This document shows, piece after piece, positions 57,790-64,000 of a stretch of DNA of 64,000 nt. Below the pieces are notes generated by a model that worked only from the letters and a program-made list of their open reading frames with translations, was not told the DNA's origin and searched no databases. The DNA comes from an uncultured Verrucomicrobiales bacterium. Its GTDB lineage: Bacteria; Verrucomicrobiota; Verrucomicrobiia; Verrucomicrobiales; Akkermansiaceae. The translations under genes were made by a program, and so were the position numbers. The DNA is taken from assembly GCA_963925135.1 (NCBI GenBank), contig CAWUTG010000045.1:1946-65945 (forward strand), given 5' to 3'. Positions within the stretch are counted from its first letter, which is position 1, and every line of letters starts with the position of its first letter.

Positions 57790-58608
57790 ATGAATCTCTT
57801 TCTATGGGCCTTGTGGGTTGCTGTGATTATCGCAATCGCGATCTGGGCTTTTGGCGGTGCAAGGCGACGGAGGCTGGGAGCATTGAGAGAAGCCGCGGAA
57901 GAAGGGGGATTCACTGAAAGTGATCGCGAGCATTTAAAGAAGCATGTGCGATCCATGGAAGGAATGCCTGAAGATTTGAAGAAGCGTCTAGAGGTACTGA
58001 CTCTCGTTCTGATCGCTGAAAAGAATTTTGAAGCCTGTGGGGATCTCGAGGAGGTGACACGCGAAATGAGGGTGGTGATTATGGCTCAAGCGGCATTTCT
58101 TCTGCTCGGACGGGATCATGATTTTTTCCCCAAGCTCCGCACGGTGCTCGTTTACCCGGAGGCATATCGAGGGAAGGATCACGAGGGTGAAGACGAGGAA
58201 GGTGGGCGTCTTGGGGAAAGTTGGGAGTCGGGGACGGTGGTGCTATCCTGGACGAGCGTCCAACGCGGTGGTGAAAACGATGAAGATGGGATGAACGTCG
58301 TGATTCACGAGTTCGCTCATCAACTCGATCAAGAGAACGATCACGCCGACGGCTTACCCGAGCTGGGGAAGGGGCAATCGATTGGTCGTTGGGCGAGCAC
58401 TTTTTCAGCGGCCTATGAGACTTTTTGTGACGACCTGGATGCTGGTCGTCGTACTGTCATGGATGCCTATGGAGGGACAAATCCAGCCGAGTTCTTTGCA
58501 GTTGCCTCCGAAACGTTTTTCGAGAAACCCAGACAGCTCAAAATTGACGAGCCATCTCTCTATGATCAGCTCACAACTTTTTACGGAGTCGATCCCTCAA
58601 GTTGGTAG
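57790..58608 (+). CDS. MtfA-like zinc metallopeptidase (M90 family)
   Basis: N-terminal TM helix. HExxH motif VVIHEFAHQLD. NPAEFFAVASETFFEKP and PSLYDQLTTFYGVDP match the MtfA/DUF980 pattern. Confidence 0.8.
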   Translation: MNLFLWALWVAVIIAIAIWAFGGARRRRLGALREAAEEGGFTESDREHLKKHVRSMEGMPEDLKKRLEVLTLVLIAEKNFEACGDLEEVTREMRVVIMAQAAFLLLGRDHDFFPKLRTVLVYPEAYRGKDHEGEDEEGGRLGESWESGTVVLSWTSVQRGGENDEDGMNVVIHEFAHQLDQENDHADGLPELGKGQSIGRWASTFSAAYETFCDDLDAGRRTVMDAYGGTNPAEFFAVASETFFEKPRQLKIDEPSLYDQLTTFYGVDPSSW

Positions 58609-58622
58609 GGAGGACATGCTTT

Positions 58623-59684
58623 CTAGGCGTTCTTTGCCCGGCGGGCTTGCACGGCCTGTGAAAGCGATTCCATGACCTCCTCGGTGGTCTGCCAGTTGAT
58701 GCAGGCATCCGTGACCGATTGCCCGTATGTCATGTCTTCCGAGATCTTCTGGTTCCCTTCGACGAGATTGGACTCGATCATCACGGCAGCAATCTCCTTG
58801 GAACCTTCGGCCATCTGTTCGCAGAGGCTGGCCGCGACGGCAGGTTGGTTGCGGTAGTCCTTATTCGAGTTTCCGTGGGAACAGTCGATCATGAGTTGCT
58901 CTGGTAAACCAAGATTCTTGAGTTGGCTTGTCACCGTGGCAATGTCGTCTTTCGAGTAGTTGGGTCCGGTCTTTCCACCCCTTAGGATGAGGTGGCAGGC
59001 TTTGTTGCCAGTCGTGGTCACAATGGCGGAGACACCTTGTTTGGTGACGGAAAGAAAATGGTGGGGTTGGGCGGCAGCACCAATCGCATCGAGGGCGATT
59101 TGGATGGATCCCCCGGTGCCGTTCTTGAAGCCTACGGGCATCGAGAGTCCCGAGGTCAGTTCGCGGTGAACCTGGGACTCGGTGGTGCGTGCGCCAATGG
59201 CACCCCATGCGATGAGGTCTGCGACATACTGGGGCGAGATTGCATCGAGGAATTCGGTGCCGGCGGGGATGCCCATTTCGGCGAGTTGGAGGAGAAGTTC
59301 GCGGGCAAAACGAAGTCCGCGGTTGATATCGAAGGATCCATCGAGATGGGGATCATTGATGAGCCCTTTCCAGCCAACGGTTGTGCGGGGCTTTTCAAAA
59401 TAGACGCGCATGATAACGTGAAGATCCTGATCGTATCGTGCGGCAAGCTCCTTGAGGCGCTGTCCATATTCAAGAGCGGCGGAAGTATCGTGGATCGAGC
59501 AGGGGCCGACCACCACGAGGAGACGGTCGTCCTCGCCCCTTAGGATGGCTTCCGAAGCTTTGCGCGAGTGGGCGACGACTTGGGCCGCGATCTCAGTCAT
59601 GGGAAGATAGTAGGAAAGGACAGCAGGGGAAATCAACGGGTCAATTCCCTTGATGCGAAGATCGTCTGTATTAGTGATAGCCAC
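58623..59684 (-). CDS. aroG: 3-deoxy-7-phosphoheptulonate (DAHP) synthase, class I
   Basis: DDLRIKGIDPLISPAVL, LLVVVGPCSIHD, RVYFEKPRTTVGWKGLINDP, KNGTGGSIQIALDA, IDCSHGNS. The isozyme and its feedback specificity cannot be told from the sequence. Confidence 0.9.
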   Translation of the reverse strand: MAITNTDDLRIKGIDPLISPAVLSYYLPMTEIAAQVVAHSRKASEAILRGEDDRLLVVVGPCSIHDTSAALEYGQRLKELAARYDQDLHVIMRVYFEKPRTTVGWKGLINDPHLDGSFDINRGLRFARELLLQLAEMGIPAGTEFLDAISPQYVADLIAWGAIGARTTESQVHRELTSGLSMPVGFKNGTGGSIQIALDAIGAAAQPHHFLSVTKQGVSAIVTTTGNKACHLILRGGKTGPNYSKDDIATVTSQLKNLGLPEQLMIDCSHGNSNKDYRNQPAVAASLCEQMAEGSKEIAAVMIESNLVEGNQKISEDMTYGQSVTDACINWQTTEEVMESLSQAVQARRAKNA

Positions 59685-59763
59685 GGGGGGAGTCTTGGGT
59701 GTTTCCAGAGAAATTCAAGAGTGGAGGTTTGTCATTGGTGAGGAAAGGTTCCACATTGAAGTC

Positions 59764-60876
59764 ATGTCCAAGAAACGGAGAATGCAACCGCCACTTCATC
59801 GTGACCTCACGGCCGGGATGGTTCCGGATCTTCAATGCAGTTTTGTTGAGTCGACTGGCGATAAAGAGGTTGATGCCCACATCATGGAACTCGCCCAATC
59901 GGTCAGTGGGGTGAATGACCCGTGTTTACTTGCCGAGATGATTTCTACGGCGGTAGGAATCGCCCGGGGGGTGACGGATCATGGCGATTTCAAGCTTGCG
60001 AACCGGGCGCTGAAGGAGATGAAAATGGCGAGCGAGGTTTTCCAGCCCTTCCGGGGTCGGCGCAAGGTCGCGCTCTTTGGTTCTGCTCGCACGAAACCGG
60101 AGGAAAAGGAATACCAGATTGCGGTGGCATTTTCGCGGCGTATGCGGGACGAGGGTTTCATGACGATCACCGGTGCCGGTCCCGGAATCATGGCTGCTGG
60201 AAATGAGGGGGCGACCCGTGAACATAGCTTTGGACTGAATATTACCTTGCCGTTCGAGGCTGCTGCTAATGAGTTTATTGCCGGAGATTCTAAGTTGATT
60301 GACTTCAAGTATTTCTTCACCCGTAAGCTGGCCTTTGTTAAGGAGGCGGACGCGGCGGTAGGGATGCCCGGGGGAGTGGGAACGATGGATGAGATCTTCG
60401 AAGCCCTGACGTTGATTCAGACTGGAAAGGCGACGATGTATCCCATCGTCTGTCTTGATGCTCCGGGCGGAACCTACTGGAAGGCGTGGAAGCAGTTTGT
60501 GGAAGAGCATCTTTATCGACTGGGGATGATTTCTGAATCTGACTTCAATCTCTTTACCGTGACCGACGATGTCGAAGTGGCGATCAAGGAGATTACCGAC
60601 TTCTACTTGAATTTTCACTCCTACCGCTATGTCGGGGATCGCCTCGTGGTGCGACTGCAGACGAAACTCTCACAGGCTGCGGTTGCTCAATTGAATGTCG
60701 ATTTTGCCGATATTGTGAAGTCCGGGAAAATTGAGCAAATGAGAGCGTTGGAGGAAGAGCGCTATGACGACGATCTTGCTGATCTCCCAAGGATAATTCT
60801 GCGTCATCGCCGGCGCGATTTCGGACGCCTGAGGGTCTTTTTGAATGCCCTGAACCAAGCAGAAGTGGAAAGCTAA
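59764..60876 (+). CDS. LOG/TIGR00730-family Rossmann-fold nucleotide-binding protein, long form
   Basis: ORF 59650-60876. Start set to ATG 59764 because upstream codons would overlap aroG. VALFGSARTKPEE, ITGAGPGIMAAGNEGA, MPGGVGTMDEIFEALTLIQTGK. About 100-aa N-terminal and about 110-aa C-terminal extensions relative to minimal LOG proteins. Confidence 0.75.
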   Translation: MSKKRRMQPPLHRDLTAGMVPDLQCSFVESTGDKEVDAHIMELAQSVSGVNDPCLLAEMISTAVGIARGVTDHGDFKLANRALKEMKMASEVFQPFRGRRKVALFGSARTKPEEKEYQIAVAFSRRMRDEGFMTITGAGPGIMAAGNEGATREHSFGLNITLPFEAAANEFIAGDSKLIDFKYFFTRKLAFVKEADAAVGMPGGVGTMDEIFEALTLIQTGKATMYPIVCLDAPGGTYWKAWKQFVEEHLYRLGMISESDFNLFTVTDDVEVAIKEITDFYLNFHSYRYVGDRLVVRLQTKLSQAAVAQLNVDFADIVKSGKIEQMRALEEERYDDDLADLPRIILRHRRRDFGRLRVFLNALNQAEVES

Positions 60877-61604
60877 TGGCCAAGGAACGAGTTGATGTCT
60901 TGTTGGTGTCCCAAGGCCATTGTGATTCGCGGGAGCAGGCCAAACGCCTGATCATGGCGGGTGAGGTGCTCTGTGGGACGGAGCGGGTCTCCAAGCCCAG
61001 TCAAAAGGTTCAGGCTGATGCTGAGTTTACCGTGAAGACGCGTCCTAAATATGTCGGGCGGGGGGGATTCAAGATTGAAGGAGCGTTGAAGGAATTTGGC
61101 GTGGATCCGACCGGGTGGATTTGTGCAGACCTCGGGGCTTCAACCGGAGGATTTACCGACTGCCTTCTTCAACACGGGGCGGTGAAGGTTCATGCCATCG
61201 ATGTGGGGACGAATCAATTGGTCTGGAAGCTCAGAAGCGATGAACGGGTGGTTTCCAGGGAGCGTTTCAACGCCCGTAATCTCACGATCGAAGACATTGG
61301 AGAACGGGTCAACCTCGTGGTGATGGATCTCTCGTTCATTTCTCTCACGAAGGTGCTGCCATCGGCCTTTGGGATTTTAGAAGAAGGTGGGATGGTGATC
61401 TCCCTGGTGAAGCCGCAATTTGAGCTTTCCCGTGAGGAGGTTGGGAAAGGTGGCATCGTGCGTGAGCCGGAGCTTCATCAAAAAGCGGTCGACAAGATAC
61501 ATAAATTCATCACCGAAGAGCTGGGTCGCGAGTGGGCCGGGGTCATGACTTCACCGATTACGGGGACTGATGGAAACGTGGAGTTTCTCGCCTGGATGAG
61601 GTGA
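60876..61604 (+). CDS. tlyA: TlyA-family rRNA (cytidine-2'-O)-methyltransferase
   Basis: N-terminal S4 domain (RVDVLLVSQGHCDSREQAKRLIMAGEV). FtsJ-type SAM motif CADLGASTGGFTDCLLQHGA. C-terminal GNVEFLAW. Confidence 0.85.
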   Translation: MAKERVDVLLVSQGHCDSREQAKRLIMAGEVLCGTERVSKPSQKVQADAEFTVKTRPKYVGRGGFKIEGALKEFGVDPTGWICADLGASTGGFTDCLLQHGAVKVHAIDVGTNQLVWKLRSDERVVSRERFNARNLTIEDIGERVNLVVMDLSFISLTKVLPSAFGILEEGGMVISLVKPQFELSREEVGKGGIVREPELHQKAVDKIHKFITEELGREWAGVMTSPITGTDGNVEFLAWMR

Positions 61605-61608
61605 TCGC

Positions 61609-62382
61609 TTAAAGGTCGATTTCGAGGGTGACCGGGCAATGATCGGAGCCTAGGACGTCGTCGTCGATGCTGGCGGATTTGAGTTTTGGGGTCAGTTCCT
61701 GTGAGACGCACCAATAGTCGATTCTCCATCCCACGTTGTTGGCACGAGCGCCCCCGCGGTAGCTCCACCAGGAGTAAGCGTCGCTTTTGTCAGGGTGAAA
61801 ATGGCGGAAGGTATCGACGAAGCCTGCGTTGACGAGCTCAGAAAATCCGGCCCGTTCTTCATCCGAGAAGCCTGCGCTTTTGCGGTTGGTTTTGGGTCGG
61901 GCGAGGTCGATCTCTTCGTGGGCGACGTTGAGATCTCCGCAGGCAAGGACAGGCTTGCCTTCGGCTTCGAGCGATTTGAGATACTCGCGGAAGGCGATGT
62001 CCCACTCCATGCGGTAGGGAAGTCTCAGGAGCTCGTTCTTGGCGTTCGGGGTGTAAACGGTGACGAGGAAGTAGTCAGGATATTCCAGAGTGATGACGCG
62101 GCCTTCTTTGTCGCCTTCGGCACTGCGATCACAGCCAATGCCGAGTCGAATTCCAAGGGGCTCGGCTTTGGTGAAAATGGCGGTGCCCGAATAACCGGCC
62201 TTTTCGGCTGAGTTCCAGTAGTTGCGGTAGTGGCCGAGTTCGAGTGGGAGTTCGACTTGCTCGGGGCGGGCTTTTGTTTCCTGGAGGCAGAGGAAGTCGG
62301 GGTCGTGTTCGAGGACGAATTCGATGAAGTTCTTTTTGAGGACGGCGCGGATGCCGTTGACGTTCCAGGAGATGAGTTTCAT
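61609..62382 (-). CDS. xth: Exodeoxyribonuclease III
   Basis: MKLISWNVNGIRAV, FLCLQETK, GDLNVAHEEIDL, WWSYRGGARANNVGWRIDY, SDHCPV. Confidence 0.9.
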   Translation of the reverse strand: MKLISWNVNGIRAVLKKNFIEFVLEHDPDFLCLQETKARPEQVELPLELGHYRNYWNSAEKAGYSGTAIFTKAEPLGIRLGIGCDRSAEGDKEGRVITLEYPDYFLVTVYTPNAKNELLRLPYRMEWDIAFREYLKSLEAEGKPVLACGDLNVAHEEIDLARPKTNRKSAGFSDEERAGFSELVNAGFVDTFRHFHPDKSDAYSWWSYRGGARANNVGWRIDYWCVSQELTPKLKSASIDDDVLGSDHCPVTLEIDL

Positions 62383-62399
62383 GGGCAGGACAGTACCCA

Positions 62400-62444
62400 G
62401 AAAAACAGCCGCGACCCGAAAAAAATCGGAAAACGCGGCTGTTT
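62400..62444 (-). terminator. Intrinsic terminator after rplM-rpsI
   Basis: On the minus strand: aaacagccgcg / 20-nt loop / cgcggctgttt, followed by further U residues. The plus-strand stem is 62403-62413 / 62434-62444. Located 22 nt after the rpsI stop and upstream of the xth start. Confidence 0.6.
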
Positions 62445-62465
62445 GAAAAAGAAGTTCGGGGCAGA

Positions 62466-62855
62466 TTAACGCTTGGAGAACTGGAAGCGTTTCCGTGCAC
62501 CTGGCTGACCAGGCTTCTTACGCTCTTTGGCACGTGGGTCACGACGAAGGAGGCCGGCAGCCTTGAGGGCGGGACGGAGCTCGGGATCGGCAATGATCAA
62601 AGCGCGGGAGATGGCAAGCTTCAGCGCACCAGCTTGACCGTGGGTGCCGCCACCTTTGGTGACAGACTTGATGTCGAACTTGTTGCGAAGGTTCGCAATT
62701 TGAAGGGGCTCAAGAATCTCGCCTTGGAGAGTCAAAGTAGGAAGGGCTTCTTCGAAGGGGTCTTCGTTGATGAAGATGTTGCCAGTTCCAGGGGTAAGCC
62801 AGACGCGTGCAACAGCGGTCTTACGACGACCCGTAGCGGTAAATGTTTCGCTCAT
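62466..62855 (-). CDS. rpsI: 30S ribosomal protein S9
   Basis: GRRKTAVARVWLTPGTG...GGGTHGQAGALKLAISRAL...LLRRDPRAKERKKPGQPGARKRFQFSKR. Confidence 0.95.
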   Translation of the reverse strand: MSETFTATGRRKTAVARVWLTPGTGNIFINEDPFEEALPTLTLQGEILEPLQIANLRNKFDIKSVTKGGGTHGQAGALKLAISRALIIADPELRPALKAAGLLRRDPRAKERKKPGQPGARKRFQFSKR

Positions 62856-62884
62856 AATAAAAAGTTTTTAAAGGGTGATTCGAA

Positions 62885-63313
62885 TTAGAGGGAGAAAGGA
62901 GCGGGGTTCTGAGCTTCATGCGGGTGTTCCTCACCAGCATAGACTTTCAGTTTGCTCATCTGGGCTGCTCCGAGCTTGGTCTTGGGAACCATTCCTTTGA
63001 TGGCCCACTCAAGGATGAGCTCAGGACGACGCTTACGAACCTTGGATGGTGTTTCGATGGTTTGGCCACCGACGTATCCGGAGTGACGTGCATAGATTTT
63101 ATACTGCTCTTTATTACCGGTAAACCGGGCCTGCTCGGCATTGATGATGATGACGAAGTCACCGGTATCAATGTGAGGAGTAAAGATCGCCTTATGCTTA
63201 CCACGGAGCAGGCGGGCTGCTTCCACGGCGACTTTGCCAACGATTTGGTTTTTGGCGTCAATAATATGCCAAGTCCGTTCGACGTCGGCTGGTTTTGCTG
63301 AAAACGTTTTCAT
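62885..63313 (-). CDS. rplM: 50S ribosomal protein L13
   Basis: ORF 62885-63367. Start set to ATG 63313 (MKTFSAKPADVERTWHIIDAKNQIVGKVAVEAARLLRGKHKAIFTPH...). Confidence 0.95.
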   Translation of the reverse strand: MKTFSAKPADVERTWHIIDAKNQIVGKVAVEAARLLRGKHKAIFTPHIDTGDFVIIINAEQARFTGNKEQYKIYARHSGYVGGQTIETPSKVRKRRPELILEWAIKGMVPKTKLGAAQMSKLKVYAGEEHPHEAQNPAPFSL

Positions 63314-63457
63314 AGTTTTTCTGGGTTCCGTTGATCCGCCGGAAAAGCGACAGACTTTAAGGGGCACGGAACCTAGGAAGCGGGTCGGGGGGTGTCAACG
63401 CAAATATCGGGAAAGACGGGCTTGCGAAATGGGGCGGTTCCCGTCAGAAACTACGCC

Positions 63458-64000
63458 GTGCGAGATCTTCTCAAGCAACCTTTGTGGCAAGCCCGTTCGA
63501 TCGGTCGGCCTTTACCTGATAGCACCCACGCTTGTGCGGTGTCCCTGCCGACGTGGGATTCTGTGATCGGCTACGAGGAGGGTCGCGACCGGGTTATTAA
63601 GAAAATGGAGGCGGGATATCCCCGGTTCTTTTTGCACCCGCTGGTAAAACGGCTCTTTGCCAAGGCCACTTCGGAGATTGCCGAGGCGGGAAAGCGGGCC
63701 ATTGTTTTTCCTCACAAGAAAGCCGCACAGGGAGCTCAGCGTTACGTGGAGCGGAAGCTGGCGGTCGCGACCAGGATTGCCAGTTATGATGAAGGAATGC
63801 AGGCGCTGATTGTGCCCGAGACGGCGATCGGGGTGGCGATGGAGTATTGGCGATTCACCGGGGAGATCATTAGCAGTCGCCAGGCGGAAGATCTCCTGAA
63901 CGAACGGGAGGCAGAAGGGGGATCGACGGTGATTCTGAAGCAGCAGCTTTCCGAATACACGGGTGCGGCCCTGGATGATCAGTTCATTTTTGAAAGCGGG
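63458..64000 (+). CDS. PLP-dependent transferase-like protein (Cys/Met-metabolism family?), N-terminal part; 3' end outside the window
   Basis: The frame is open from 63377 to the window end. Candidate starts are GTG 63392, TTG 63422 and GTG 63458. Translation ...PLWQARSIGRPLPDSTHACAVSLPTWDSVIGYEEGRDRVIKKMEAGYPRFFLHPLV... matches an N-terminal pattern (HAVS.SLP.W.DV.GYEE...GYPRF) that I associate with a PLP-dependent transferase family. This is from memory and not verified. Confidence 0.45.
   Translation, partial: MRDLLKQPLWQARSIGRPLPDSTHACAVSLPTWDSVIGYEEGRDRVIKKMEAGYPRFFLHPLVKRLFAKATSEIAEAGKRAIVFPHKKAAQGAQRYVERKLAVATRIASYDEGMQALIVPETAIGVAMEYWRFTGEIISSRQAEDLLNEREAEGGSTVILKQQLSEYTGAALDDQFIFESG

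Noticed and set aside
63314-63380. Possible structured 5' leader upstream of rplM (stem ggttccgt 63324-63331 / acggaacc 63366-63373), as in L13/S9 autoregulatory leaders.
   Set aside because: It is only an 8-bp stem with a 34-nt loop. I cannot evaluate covariation or match it to a known r-leader model without a search. I kept it as an unverified note only.

Overview
This is a 64-kb chromosomal window of moderately high GC. It most likely comes from a member of the PVC superphylum, probably Verrucomicrobiota of the Opitutia type. That placement is an inference from gene content: a PVC-type heme-binding CxxCH protein, a DUF1549/DUF1553 + DUF1501 pair, a giant lamin-tail/LamG/CotH exoprotein, and start codons without Shine-Dalgarno motifs. 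I count about 40 protein-coding genes. I found no rRNA, tRNA, CRISPR array, transposase or integrase.

Layout:
- 1-14963 (+): a tightly coupled operon of the MoxR/DUF58-BatA type. It has two VWA proteins and a 1460-aa membrane/coiled-coil protein, extended by prenyltransferase-like, transglutaminase-like and thioredoxin-fold/TPR exported proteins. The last of these is broken by a G9 frameshift.
- 15-35 kb: mostly exported proteins. These are a SASA-type esterase, an EF-hand protein, a DPxxAxxW-repeat protein, a heavily decayed pseudogene, two tandem-domain universal stress proteins, a PVC heme-binding protein, a beta-helix protein, the 2060-aa LTD/LamG/CotH protein and a PQQ-type dehydrogenase-cytochrome c fusion.
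- 35.7-40.1 kb: the DUF1553/DUF1501 pair.
- 40.1-47.5 kb (-): a five-gene ABC/GldG-like/DUF4340-like operon. It ends in a LamG/coiled-coil/jelly-roll gene that carries an in-frame TAA.
- 47.7-64 kb: housekeeping genes (sucAB, ligA, an LMW-PTP, rpsM-rpsK-rpsD without rpoA, an MtfA-like peptidase, DAHP synthase, a LOG-family protein, tlyA, xth, rplM-rpsI). An RHS/YD-repeat remnant is wedged in front of rpsM.

The most interesting items are the two conserved but uncharacterised envelope operons and the pattern that every gene lesion in the window hits an exported LamG/adhesin-like gene. All family assignments come from motif recognition by eye. No searches were run.
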